Positions 54,194-63,736 of a stretch of 64,000 nucleotides of DNA are shown here, in pieces. The notes under the pieces are model-generated. The model made no database searches, was not told the DNA's origin, and was given only the letters and a program-made list of their open reading frames with translations. A program made the position numbers and the translations under genes. The stretch lies in the IMG/VR virus record IMGVR_UViG_3300028591_000004, positions 32,001 through 96,000 of that record; one strand, given 5' to 3'. The stretch comes from a virus. Taxonomy: Duplodnaviria; Caudoviricetes. Position 1 is the stretch's first letter; the number at the start of each line of letters is the position of its first letter.

Positions 54194-54745
54194 GTGACTG
54201 GGAAATTAAAAGACCTGACAATTAACCGAGATGGAACACAAAATATAACCATCACGGTTAATTCTGATTTCAGGGAAATGTTTGACGAGCTTTTCGATAG
54301 CGAAATTAAAATAGATATTAAAAAATATAATCCTCGCAGAGGATTGGATGCGAATGCAAGATGCTGGGTTTTAATCGATCAGATTGCAGAGAGAACCGGC
54401 GTGAAAAAATATGAAGTATATAAAAACGCCATAAAGGAAATCGGTGGAGTATCAGATGTTGTCTGCGTAAAAGAAATTGCCGCTGATACTTTGTGCAGAA
54501 ACTGGCAGGAAAAAGGAGAAGGATGGATGGCTGAAAAATCTCCAAGCAAGCTGCCGGGATGTGTAAATGTTACTTTATGGTATGGCTCATCAGTATGGGA
54601 CAAGAAACAAATGTCTGACCTGATTGACAGCCTCGTGCAGGATGCGGAGTCTTTAGGCTTGCCGACAATAACACCAGAGGAACAGGAACGGCTGATCATG
54701 CAATGGGGAAAAAAGGTTGACAAAAAGAGGGAGAGAGTTGCTTGA
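54194..54745 (+). CDS. NinB/YbcN-like recombination protein
   Basis: R.LDANA.CW.L..QIA; GSS.WDKKQMS.LID. Confidence 0.75.
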   Translation: MTGKLKDLTINRDGTQNITITVNSDFREMFDELFDSEIKIDIKKYNPRRGLDANARCWVLIDQIAERTGVKKYEVYKNAIKEIGGVSDVVCVKEIAADTLCRNWQEKGEGWMAEKSPSKLPGCVNVTLWYGSSVWDKKQMSDLIDSLVQDAESLGLPTITPEEQERLIMQWGKKVDKKRERVA

Positions 54746-55023
54746 GCAGCAAGTCTATTGTACAGGACGGAGAAAAACAATGTTTTCTGTGCGGCCGTCA
54801 AACAAATCTGGAGCGCCATCACATAATGGCTGGACCGAACAGGAAACATTCTGAAAAATATGGAGTTTGGGTGTGGCTTTGTCATGACTGTCACACAGGA
54901 ACTGATGGCGCTCAATACAATACAACAAAAGGAAATTTGTTAAAAATAGAAGGACAGATTGCATTTGAACGCATTCATTCACACGAAGAATGGATGCGTA
55001 TTTTTGGACGAAACTACCTTTAA
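54742..55023 (+). CDS. Small HNH-like Zn-finger protein
   Basis: CFLCG...ERHH, LCHDCH, W...FGRNYL. Confidence 0.7.
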   Translation: MSSKSIVQDGEKQCFLCGRQTNLERHHIMAGPNRKHSEKYGVWVWLCHDCHTGTDGAQYNTTKGNLLKIEGQIAFERIHSHEEWMRIFGRNYL

Positions 55024-55036
55024 GGAGATGATTTAG

Positions 55037-56092
55037 ATGAGAAAATTGGCAAGTATTCAAAAAGTATGGGATGTTCAGCCAATTGAAGGAGCCGACAGAC
55101 TTGATCTCGCCAGAGTCTTAGGCTGGCAATGTGTTGTAAATAAAGGTCAGTTCAAAAAAGGAGATATCGGAGTCTATTTTGAAATAGATTCATTTCTTCC
55201 TGTACGTCCTGAATTTGAGTTTTTAAGAGCCTCGAGCTATAAGAAAAACGATATTTTGGGCGAAGGTTTTAAATTAAGGAGCATGAAATTCAGAGGACAG
55301 ATCAGCCAGGGTTTGCTGCTTCCTCTGAATTCTTTTAAAGAACTTCCTTCTGAATTGGACATTGCCGTTGGAATGGACGTAACGGAATGGCTCGGAGTAA
55401 GAAAATGGGAAATAGAAGAACGAGCCACAACAGGTGGAAATGTTATCGGAACACTTCCATATGATGTGCCTCACACAGATGAAACAAGAGTCCAGTCCAG
55501 GCCGGAACTGATTCAAGAATTCAGTGGATTGGAATATTACATTTCCACGAAAATGGACGGATCTTCGCATTCGTTAAGCGTGGACGAAAATGGTTTCCAT
55601 GTCTGCGGACATAACTATGAATACAAAGACGACGACTCCAGCTCGTTCTACAAATTCATAAAAGAAAAGGGCTTTGACAAGACAATGCCTGAGTTCGCCC
55701 GTAAAATGGGCTATAAAACACTGACCATTCAAGGAGAATTCTGTGCTCCTGGAATTCAGAAAAATCCATTACGCTTAAGCAAACCTGAATGGTACGTATT
55801 TACAGTTCGTATTGACGGAGACCGGGTAGATCTTGAAACGATGAGTTTAATTACAAAAGATCTGAATATGGAAATGGTACCAGTTGAAGAAGTCGGTAAT
55901 GACTTGCCTTCAAAATATCCTACAGTTGAATCATTGCTTGAAAGAGCTGATGGAAACTATCCTAACGGAGGGAGAAAGGAAGGCATTGTAATTCGTACAA
56001 CACAGCCTGTTTATAATTCTTTTATCGGAGGCCCACTTTCGATGAAAGTTGTCAGTAATAAATACCTTTTGAAAAACGGCGAACAGACATGA
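55037..56092 (+). CDS. ATP-dependent RNA ligase (DRB0094/Rnl5-like)
   Basis: MRKLASIQ, YFEIDS, GQISQGL, TDETRVQ, motif I KMDGSS, QGEF, EGIV, KVVSNKYLLK. Confidence 0.92.
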   Translation: MRKLASIQKVWDVQPIEGADRLDLARVLGWQCVVNKGQFKKGDIGVYFEIDSFLPVRPEFEFLRASSYKKNDILGEGFKLRSMKFRGQISQGLLLPLNSFKELPSELDIAVGMDVTEWLGVRKWEIEERATTGGNVIGTLPYDVPHTDETRVQSRPELIQEFSGLEYYISTKMDGSSHSLSVDENGFHVCGHNYEYKDDDSSSFYKFIKEKGFDKTMPEFARKMGYKTLTIQGEFCAPGIQKNPLRLSKPEWYVFTVRIDGDRVDLETMSLITKDLNMEMVPVEEVGNDLPSKYPTVESLLERADGNYPNGGRKEGIVIRTTQPVYNSFIGGPLSMKVVSNKYLLKNGEQT

Positions 56093-56352
56093 ACAAATAT
56101 ACATTATGCTGGGATTGTGCGAAAGCGACAGGGACAATGGACTGTCAGTGGGCGAATGCAGGCAAACCTGTTAGAGGTTGGCACGCTGAAAAAGTTGAAA
56201 AAACAGTGTCAAGACCTTATTCAACATACTGTATTTATCGCTGCCCCAAATTCATAAGGGATTCCTATTATGGTGGAACCGTGAAATTGGATGGAAGAAA
56301 ATGTCGAAGAGAGCGATTTGACTCGGAGATACAAATCGGAGGCCGGGCATGA
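56089..56352 (+). CDS. Small Cys-rich hypothetical protein
   Basis: LCWDC..C.W...CPKF. Confidence 0.6.
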   Translation: MNKYTLCWDCAKATGTMDCQWANAGKPVRGWHAEKVEKTVSRPYSTYCIYRCPKFIRDSYYGGTVKLDGRKCRRERFDSEIQIGGRA

Positions 56353-57074
56353 ACAATACTGTGCCTCATAACGGAAACAGCTTAAAGATAATTGGTTTAA
56401 AGATAACAGACAAAGGTAGATTTGGAAACTTAAACATTCCTTTGTTTGAATCATTACCTTCAAATACAAAACTTATTATAAAAGGAGAAAATCTAACATC
56501 ACATCCAGACCTTGAAGATTTTTTATTCAGAATGTCTGCCAGTAAAATAGTTTGCGACATAAGAATTAATTGGACTTCATTCTTAGAACAGTATGAACGA
56601 TTAAAAAAATGGACAGAACAAAAGTTGATTAATGAAGTCGGTGTAATAATAAACGAACATGTGTTTTGCGAAACAATTGACAGACTCTGTGATCTGGAAA
56701 ATACTGCAATTTACACTGTTCTTGGAACGAACGAGAGCGTTTTTCGGCAATTGATGGGCCGGAATTTAAAACTTATAATCCTTGGATATAGACAATGTGA
56801 CAATCAACCAAATAAAGAAAATATTAATTGGACGAAAAACAATCTCTTCTCAATCTTCTCTGGATTTAAAACTGTTTATATTAGCAATATTGCTTTCCGT
56901 CAAATGAGGTTAACAAGTGGTGTTGAATTTCATGTTATAAAAGATGAAGAACTGTTCATAGATCTGCCAAATAACCAGTTCGCTGTTTCTGACATATCTC
57001 CGAAGGAAGAAAAAAGAACAATCAATAGTACATATATAGATGATTTGTTCGAGCAGATAAGAAAGGAGATATAA
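56349..57074 (+). CDS. Degenerate radical-SAM-like protein lacking CxxxCxxC
   Basis: LKIT, HPDL..FL, KLIILGY, FIDL...FAVS resemble phage radical-SAM proteins; the Cys motif is absent. Confidence 0.4.
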   Translation: MNNTVPHNGNSLKIIGLKITDKGRFGNLNIPLFESLPSNTKLIIKGENLTSHPDLEDFLFRMSASKIVCDIRINWTSFLEQYERLKKWTEQKLINEVGVIINEHVFCETIDRLCDLENTAIYTVLGTNESVFRQLMGRNLKLIILGYRQCDNQPNKENINWTKNNLFSIFSGFKTVYISNIAFRQMRLTSGVEFHVIKDEELFIDLPNNQFAVSDISPKEEKRTINSTYIDDLFEQIRKEI

Positions 57075-57075
57075 A

Positions 57076-57420
57076 ATGCCACTTGATTTTAATCCATTGA
57101 CCACACAACAAATATTGTTAAATGGTAATACATATCGTGTGACTGATTTTACAACAACTACATCAATTAATGAGTTGCCTATAACAACAATAACTTTAAC
57201 CCCCGAAGTGAATCAGTTAGACACTGCCGTTGACGGCGATTATCTCGAGTATCTAACAAACAGAAACACAACACAACTAGAAGAAATAGAGGAAAGCATA
57301 GAAAACTTAAAACGAAATTTAAAACCTATGATTGCTGCAATTGTTGAAGAACTTCTTGAATCAAAAGGATTTATTCTTGGCAGAATACCTGACACCATTG
57401 AAGAACCTCCTATTGAATAA
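57076..57420 (+). CDS. Hypothetical protein
   Basis: SD AAAGGAG. Confidence 0.6.
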   Translation: MPLDFNPLTTQQILLNGNTYRVTDFTTTTSINELPITTITLTPEVNQLDTAVDGDYLEYLTNRNTTQLEEIEESIENLKRNLKPMIAAIVEELLESKGFILGRIPDTIEEPPIE

Positions 57421-57433
57421 GGAGGATTAATGA

Positions 57434-57820
57434 ATGGCTGATGAAATAAAAAATACCCAAACAGGCATAGAACTTCTTGATGAATGGACTGCCCGCCTGG
57501 GGTTAAAGGACTGGCTGGTAACACTCTGCGACAATTGCAACCCGGAAGATATGGTTCTTGATAATTCTGATGGATGTGTAAGCTACGAAGAGACAACAAG
57601 AGCTGCAAAAATCCAGATCGTTAATCCGGGAAAAAGACAGGGCGGATTAAGGCCTTTCAATTACGAAGAAACGTTGGTTCATGAATTGCTTCATATTAAA
57701 TTATGTTTACTTGAAAGAGGAGAAAACTGGGAGAATAAACTTCAACTAAGGCTTCTCCATCAGTATATTGACGATCTTGCCAGGGCGCTGGTAGATGCAA
57801 AAAGGACTGAAAACAAATGA
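57434..57820 (+). CDS. Zincin-like metallopeptidase (HEXXH)
   Basis: W..RLGL.DW, EETLVHELLH. Confidence 0.7.
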   Translation: MADEIKNTQTGIELLDEWTARLGLKDWLVTLCDNCNPEDMVLDNSDGCVSYEETTRAAKIQIVNPGKRQGGLRPFNYEETLVHELLHIKLCLLERGENWENKLQLRLLHQYIDDLARALVDAKRTENK

Positions 57821-58350
57821 AGAAATTAATTCTGATGCTGATTTTGATCCTGTCAGCATCTTTTTGTTATGCGGAAACTGAATGTTGGATCTTATGTCAG
57901 CCTGACTCGTATGTAAATGTTCGTCCAAACTCAAACAAGAAAGGTCAGGCTGAAGGGTATCTTCTTTGTGGAGATAAAGCGGCAACAGAAAACGCAACAA
58001 GAAACGGATATCTGTTTCTCACGCAAGTTTCTACTGAAAGAGGAGAAGGATGGGTTAATTCAGGATATGTCGTTTATTCCAAACCGGTTTATCTGAATAA
58101 AAAAGTAAACATCTGTTCTAAGGGACGAGTCGCCTGCCGGAGAGCAATCGGTGGCAGCAGACGATGCTGGGCAAAAGACGGGGATACAGTGACTGTTTAC
58201 TATGTCTCAGACGAATGGAGTATTACAAATAAAGGTTTCATTAAAACAGAATATCTTGGAGTGAGTTACGATGTTTGTTCGAGATTCCTGGCATCAGGAT
58301 CACATAACGGAGAACCAGAAGGTCTATATTTCGAAGATGATGAAAGATAA
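57817..58350 (+). CDS. Secreted tandem SH3b-domain protein
   Basis: Signal peptide; YVNVR...GWVNSGYV; RVACR...GFIKTEYL. Confidence 0.7.
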   Translation: MKKLILMLILILSASFCYAETECWILCQPDSYVNVRPNSNKKGQAEGYLLCGDKAATENATRNGYLFLTQVSTERGEGWVNSGYVVYSKPVYLNKKVNICSKGRVACRRAIGGSRRCWAKDGDTVTVYYVSDEWSITNKGFIKTEYLGVSYDVCSRFLASGSHNGEPEGLYFEDDER

Positions 58351-58428
58351 CCCAGAACTACCACCGTTCACGGGAAAGACAAAAATAGATGCGGCTCGTT
58401 ATATATCAATGTACAGAAAGGCAAACAA

Positions 58429-58830
58429 ATGCAGATCGTTCAGTTAAGTATGTTTGATGACCCGCTCGAATGGATAGACCAATGTTTATTGTATGGGTCC
58501 GGATATGAAAACGGAAAGCTTAGAATTTATGCAGCTGCGGCAAAATTAAATAAAAAAGAATTCAACGAGTTTCTGAAAAACGAATACGGGATTGGCGGCC
58601 GATCCATTGACGACGGATTTATGGATTACAACGGCAAAGGGATCTCATTAAAAAGATTCAAAAGCAACTATCAGGAATTCCATCCTTGGGCATCTGTTGC
58701 CAAACGAATTTTGCACTTAATTAATACCGAAAACTACCTAACAGACAAGGAAAAAATGAGATTCAAATCTGTTTGCGATATGCATAATGGACAAATACCC
58801 ATGCCTAGAGCAAGACTGAATTTTGAATAA
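58429..58830 (+). CDS. Hypothetical protein
   Basis: GSGYENGKLRIY, LKNEYGIGG. Confidence 0.6.
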   Translation: MQIVQLSMFDDPLEWIDQCLLYGSGYENGKLRIYAAAAKLNKKEFNEFLKNEYGIGGRSIDDGFMDYNGKGISLKRFKSNYQEFHPWASVAKRILHLINTENYLTDKEKMRFKSVCDMHNGQIPMPRARLNFE

Positions 58831-58870
58831 AAAACAGCTTTATCAAAAGAAAAAGAAAGAAGGGAACAAA

Positions 58871-59377
58871 ATGAAATTTTCTTACAAAAAAGCCGATATT
58901 ACGACAACCGAAACAAAGAGCGTAAAGCTTTCTCCTCCGTGGATTACTTATGTGAAATACATTAAGGCACTGTTTGAAAATGATCCTCAGATTGTTATCG
59001 ATTACTCGGAAGGCGATTATGTCCTTACGCTGATTGTAAATGGGATCGAAAAGTATCAAGCTATTTCTACTTTACTGCCTAACAAAAAGGAATTTGGCAA
59101 CGTGGTCTTAACGATCAATGTGGTACAATCTCCTAATGAGCTTACCGATGAAGAACTTTTCAGGAATGCATTTAACGGTAACGATGTTCTGTCTGATTTT
59201 AAAAGCTTTGATACCCCGTTTGGACCGCAGAATTACGCTGTTTTCAAGAAAGAAGTCGTTCAGTTCTATGATGACAATATGGGAGACATTAATGGTCTGA
59301 AGTCAACTCTCTATGAGGAGATTGCCAGAGAAGTGTTTGGCGAAGCTTCTGTCCATTTCTGCACAAGTATGGAATGA
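58871..59377 (+). CDS. Conserved-looking phage protein
   Basis: KLSPPW, FKKEVVQFYDDNMGD.NG; start re-set. Confidence 0.65.
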   Translation: MKFSYKKADITTTETKSVKLSPPWITYVKYIKALFENDPQIVIDYSEGDYVLTLIVNGIEKYQAISTLLPNKKEFGNVVLTINVVQSPNELTDEELFRNAFNGNDVLSDFKSFDTPFGPQNYAVFKKEVVQFYDDNMGDINGLKSTLYEEIAREVFGEASVHFCTSME

Positions 59378-59428
59378 CAAAAGAGAGGGGGAGCCATAAA
59401 GGCTCCCCCTCTTATAATAGGAAGAAAC

Positions 59429-60238
59429 ATGAAAGAAAAAGTTCTTGAATGTGGTATTTGCGGGGTATCTTCTGAGAAAAAGATAATAAAATACTGCGGG
59501 AAAACCCAATGCAATTTGTGCAGTAAACATTACGCACAGATTTACAGATATGGAAAAATCACAGATGCAACACCGGCTACAATTCAGGATAAAAATCAAT
59601 ATGTCTTACACGACGAATATGCGGAAATGATCTTAGTCGATGGCCGAAATAATTATGTTGCTACAGCAGTGATTGATCTCGAGGATGTAGAGAAATGCAA
59701 GCCTTATAAATGGGCTTTTGTAAATCGGTATGTTATATCAAGGATTCACGGAAAGAATGTTCGCTTGCACAGGTTTTTATTAGATTATTACGGGGATAAA
59801 GTAATTGATCACATAGATCGCAATCCGTTAAATAATCGTAGAAGCAATATGAGGATTGTGGAAATAACAATTAACAACTGCAATCGTGAAGCCAAGAACA
59901 TAAGATGCTCAGATAACGGGAAATATTCTGTTGAACTCAGAAGATTCGGGAAAAGATATACAAGCAGAAGATTTGACACAATGGAAGAGGCACTGGAAGA
60001 AAAGAATAAAATAATTAAAAAGTTCGAGAATGAAATAGATAGTCATATTAAAGAATATCAACTGAAAAAAGGTATTACAATGACTGGAGTTTCATTAGTG
60101 CCCTCAGGTAGATGGAAAGCAAACTTCTGGAGAAATAACAAATGTCATTATGTGGGAACTTATGATACAAAAGAAGAAGCGTATGAAGCAAGAATGAAAG
60201 CACTGAGAATTTACAATCAAAAGAAACAAGCTGGATGA
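59429..60238 (+). CDS. HNH homing-type endonuclease with AP2 domains
   Basis: LHRFL...IDHIDRNPLNNRRSNMR; two AP2-like modules (FDT.EEA; GTYDTKEEAYEAR). Confidence 0.88.
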   Translation: MKEKVLECGICGVSSEKKIIKYCGKTQCNLCSKHYAQIYRYGKITDATPATIQDKNQYVLHDEYAEMILVDGRNNYVATAVIDLEDVEKCKPYKWAFVNRYVISRIHGKNVRLHRFLLDYYGDKVIDHIDRNPLNNRRSNMRIVEITINNCNREAKNIRCSDNGKYSVELRRFGKRYTSRRFDTMEEALEEKNKIIKKFENEIDSHIKEYQLKKGITMTGVSLVPSGRWKANFWRNNKCHYVGTYDTKEEAYEARMKALRIYNQKKQAG

Positions 60239-60294
60239 TTATACAAATATGATTATCTTCTGTCTTTGCTTTAAAGGAATTGTTTAAATTGAAA

Positions 60295-60765
60295 ATGAAA
60301 AAGATTTTAGTTTACACTGATGGCTCCTGCTTCGGTAACCCAGGAAAAGGAGGGTACGCAGCAATAATTAGAAATGGAAATAAATGTCAGACAATAACTG
60401 GAAGCGTACCCTGGTCAACAAATAATCGCATGGAACTCACAGCTGTAATTGAAGGATTGTCTGCTGTTCCTTACGGATCGGCAGTTTCAGTTTTCACTGA
60501 CAGCGGCTACATTGAGCGTGCTTTTAACGAAGGTCGTGTAGATATTTGGATGAGTAATGGCTGGCGAAGGATTAGAACAGGTGAGCCAGTGCAAAATGCA
60601 GACAGATTCTTAGTATTGTGCGAACTGATTCAAAGCAAAAATCTTAATGTTGAATTCATAAAATTAAAAGCTCACGCAATCAACTATTACAACAACATGG
60701 CAGATTATTTTGCACGTAAAGCTGCTAAAAACCAGATAGAGAGGCATTCATTTTATGACAATTGA
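60295..60765 (+). CDS. rnhA: Ribonuclease HI (copy 2)
   Basis: YTDGSCFGNPGKGG, STNNRMEL, TDSGY, KAH...N.MAD. Confidence 0.93.
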   Translation: MKKILVYTDGSCFGNPGKGGYAAIIRNGNKCQTITGSVPWSTNNRMELTAVIEGLSAVPYGSAVSVFTDSGYIERAFNEGRVDIWMSNGWRRIRTGEPVQNADRFLVLCELIQSKNLNVEFIKLKAHAINYYNNMADYFARKAAKNQIERHSFYDN

Positions 60766-60958
60766 AGATATCATAAAAATCGATAAAGAAATTTTGACCC
60801 CATGTGATGTAGCTCCTCTGCTTAGATGCGATCCTAATGTAATCAGATATCAAGCTTCAAAAGATATTAAGCAACTTGGATTTCCGGCTTCAAAAATAGG
60901 ATCAAGAATCAAGATTCCAAAAGACGCTTTTGTAAAGTGGTATAAAGGGAATATCTGA
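60755..60958 (+). CDS. xis: Excisionase-like HTH protein
   Basis: LTPCDVA.LL..., KIGSRIKIPKDAF..W; immediately upstream of the integrase. Confidence 0.75.
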   Translation: MTIEDIIKIDKEILTPCDVAPLLRCDPNVIRYQASKDIKQLGFPASKIGSRIKIPKDAFVKWYKGNI

Positions 60959-61017
60959 TTTGATTTTAGAGTATCTTCCAATTATAATAGTCTCATTATT
61001 CTGAAGGGAGATCGGAA

Positions 61018-62112
61018 ATGGGGAAACCAAAATCCAGAGGAAATCACACTGGATCGGTTTATAAACGCAAAAATACAGGTACTTGGACAGCTCAGATTGT
61101 TGTAGGCTGGAAGCAGTCCCAAGACGGATCTAAGCTTATTCCCATTAAGAAAACATTCGGCGGCTTTCAAACAAAGAAAGAAGCACTTGAAGCATTAAAC
61201 AGACTCCTCAACGGAGAGTCTGTTGAATATGACAATATATATCTCCATGAAGTATTTGATCTTTGGAAGAAGTCATATGAGAATAGAGTTAAACCTAAAA
61301 CGTTCAAAGGATACGAGCAGGCATATAAACACTTTTCCGATCTCCAATTTCGTAGAATAAATTCTATTACAGCAGCAGATCTTCAATCCTGTATGGATCA
61401 ATGTCCGGCGGGGAAACGAACTCATCAAATGATGAAGGTAACCGCCGGACTGATCTGGGCTTATGCCTTAAGCGCTAACATCGTCAAAAAAGATATTACA
61501 GAGAATCTGTACATCGGGAAACACCAGACGACAACAAGAGAACCTCTTACGCCAAATGATATAAAACTGATTAAGGAATCAATCGGGCAGCTTCGCTACG
61601 CAGAGTATATCTTTTGTTTATGTTATCTCGGTTTCAGACCTGGAGAATTTCTGGAAATAAAAAAAGATCAGGTAATGTCTGAGGAAATTGACAAGGAGAT
61701 TGTGTACTACATTGTTGAAGGGAAGAAAACTCAGGCTGGCATTAACAGAAAAGTTGTAATACCAAAGCAGATTCTTCCATACGTATTAGACAGATTGTTT
61801 ATTCCCGGCACGGAATATTTGTTCCCATTCTACTATTTCACAAAGAATAATGGAACGCTAATCGAATTGAGACAAATGAAAGTAAACTATTTCGAAGAAT
61901 CTGTTTTTAAAAAGATTACGTCTCAACTTGGAATAGAAGGGAAGGTCCCATATTCTGCAAGGCATTCCTATGCGGATAAATTAAAACATGCGGACGGAGA
62001 CGTGAGAGATAAAGCCGCGCTGATTGGTCACTCTGATTACTCGTTTACAAGGATGCAATATCAGAGCAGCCCACTCGAAGATTTGAAAACTGTAACAGAT
62101 TCAATCGAGTAA
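61018..62112 (+). CDS. int: Tyrosine integrase
   Basis: N-terminal arm-binding GSVYKR..W; GFRPGE, KT.AG.NR, YSARHSY, IGH, Y. Confidence 0.95.
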   Translation: MGKPKSRGNHTGSVYKRKNTGTWTAQIVVGWKQSQDGSKLIPIKKTFGGFQTKKEALEALNRLLNGESVEYDNIYLHEVFDLWKKSYENRVKPKTFKGYEQAYKHFSDLQFRRINSITAADLQSCMDQCPAGKRTHQMMKVTAGLIWAYALSANIVKKDITENLYIGKHQTTTREPLTPNDIKLIKESIGQLRYAEYIFCLCYLGFRPGEFLEIKKDQVMSEEIDKEIVYYIVEGKKTQAGINRKVVIPKQILPYVLDRLFIPGTEYLFPFYYFTKNNGTLIELRQMKVNYFEESVFKKITSQLGIEGKVPYSARHSYADKLKHADGDVRDKAALIGHSDYSFTRMQYQSSPLEDLKTVTDSIE

Positions 62113-62123
62113 AATTTCAGGTC

Positions 62124-62321
62124 TACTACCGACATACTACCGACAAAACGGCAGGCAAAATAAAAGAACCCGTTGATTTACAACGAGTTTTGGTTATCTT
62201 CGTGTAAGATTTCGAGTCAGCCCCGTTATGACCGCTTCGATACCGCTCCACTTGATTTATAATGGTTTTCGGTTGTAGTGATTTGTAAAAACTTGTTCTA
62301 CTACCGACACTACTACCGACA
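62124..62321. other. attP: arm-type repeats TACTACCGACA x4 flanking a tRNA-Ser core
   Basis: Copies at 62124, 62135, 62299, 62311; core between them; directly after int. Confidence 0.85.
62208..62249 (-). pseudogene. 5' half of tRNA-Ser(CGA) (attP core homology)
   Basis: GGAGCGGTATCGAAGCGGTCATAACGGGGCTGACTCGAAATC; stops just after the anticodon loop. Confidence 0.85.
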
Positions 62322-62488
62322 CAACCAACTTCCGAAGAACATCTATAGCTCTTGCGGTTCGACACAGTATATCACATCCAAAATAAAAAAACAAACTGTT
62401 TCTATAATACAGAATCTGGACACCAGATTTTGTGTGTTGGGAACAGAGATCAACATCGACAGCCACAAACGAAAAAAGGAGAAATATT

Positions 62489-62770
62489 ATGAATAGAGAA
62501 AACCTGATTATGAAATTAATGGAAAAGACAAAGAATCCCGTTTCCCACTCTGACATGGATCGTATTGTACGTGGATTTATGGAAGAGATTGTAAACGCAG
62601 TAGCGAATGGCGATACCGTGTCTTTGATTGGACTTGGAACATTTAGCGCTCGTGAGCGTGCTGCTCGTACTGCTCGTAATCCGCTCACAGGGGAGAGCAT
62701 TTCCGTTCCTGCGAAGAAGGTTCCTGTGTTCAAACCGGGCACCGTGTTTAAAGCGGCCGTTAACAAGTAA
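62489..62770 (+). CDS. hup: HU family DNA-binding protein
   Basis: V.LIGLGTF..RERAARTARNPLTGE.I.VPAKKVP.FKPG; start re-set to ATG 62489. Confidence 0.95.
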   Translation: MNRENLIMKLMEKTKNPVSHSDMDRIVRGFMEEIVNAVANGDTVSLIGLGTFSARERAARTARNPLTGESISVPAKKVPVFKPGTVFKAAVNK

Positions 62771-62814
62771 TTTTACAAATAATATTAACCGGTTGTCGAT
62801 TTGATATACATTAT

Positions 62815-62843
62815 GCCCCGCCTGGAAGTGGCGGGGCTTATTA
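62815..62843 (+). terminator. Hairpin after HU
   Basis: GCCCCGCC-tggaagt-GGCGGGGC-TTATT. Confidence 0.55.
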
Positions 62844-62930
62844 TGTGGTGTCAGGTTCTCAGCAAAGTCATTCGAAAGAATAGCACTACTGGACTTAATT
62901 CGGCTGTTCGATTCAGTTGAGCCACGATTT

Positions 62931-63038
62931 ATGCGGTGGCGGAATAGGTAAACGCTATCCGATAAGGTTTGCGGCTCTTGCGTTGCAAGGCTTCGAGATA
63001 CTTGCAAACCATGTGAGGTGCAAATCCTCACCCGCATT
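62931..63038 (+). ncRNA. tRNA-like RNA with 6/6 acceptor/T stems and no anticodon arm (copy 2)
   Basis: ATGCGG/CCGCAT; GGAATAGGTAAACG; GTGAGG-TGCAAAT-CCTCAC. Confidence 0.6.
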
Positions 63039-63165
63039 TTAATACTCAAGGAGATAAACATAATGAATACATGTGATAAATGTCCATGCATTGGAAACAG
63101 TTTTTGTTATATTGAAAACGGAGAACCAAAGCCAGATAAATGTCTGCTTATGAATGGAGGCCCTA

Positions 63166-63513
63166 ATGAAAAAGCGAACATACAAACGATTACAGAATCG
63201 ATTGTACAGAGAAATCAAACGAAGACTGATTCTTGAACAAATTCTTGAACGAACACGGCCTCTAAAGGCAGAAATATTCAAATCGTACCAGCAGCATATC
63301 GATACTATCAAGATCAAAAGAGATGTTCCGCTCGAGATAATTGAGAAAAACAAAGAAGCGTTAGCTTATTTTAAAGAAGAACTTGCACAAACAATGAGCA
63401 GGCAGTTGTTAGCAGATGGTTATATATCATTTAATACCGAAGTATTAAATTACAATTCCGGCCCAATATTTGAAATTGCAGCATTATTGAACGTTATAAA
63501 ACAAAAGGACTGA
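63166..63513 (+). CDS. Hypothetical protein
   Basis: SD GGAGG; start re-set. Confidence 0.55.
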   Translation: MKKRTYKRLQNRLYREIKRRLILEQILERTRPLKAEIFKSYQQHIDTIKIKRDVPLEIIEKNKEALAYFKEELAQTMSRQLLADGYISFNTEVLNYNSGPIFEIAALLNVIKQKD

Positions 63514-63736
63514 TGCAAATAAAACGTGGGCTGTATCGTAAATTAAAGAAAGGCAAATGTACAGGATGCGATCATCCTGCTTACGCGCCAAGTAAAAATG
63601 TTAATCCATACAGAGCTTGTCGAAAATGCTGGAAGGACTCAACCAAAAGAAAAGATAAATATCCAAGCTTCCTGCGCTGTGAATGACAACGCATTTTATA
63701 TAGGAAGAAATTTTTTATTTCAGGAGGACTCATAAT

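Noticed and set aside
62208-62249. Functional tRNA-Ser(CGA)
   Set aside because: The 3' half is absent; interpreted as the attP core.
62853-62865. preQ1 riboswitch-like AGGTTCTCAGC
   Set aside because: No matching P1 stem or A-rich tail, and no queuosine gene downstream.
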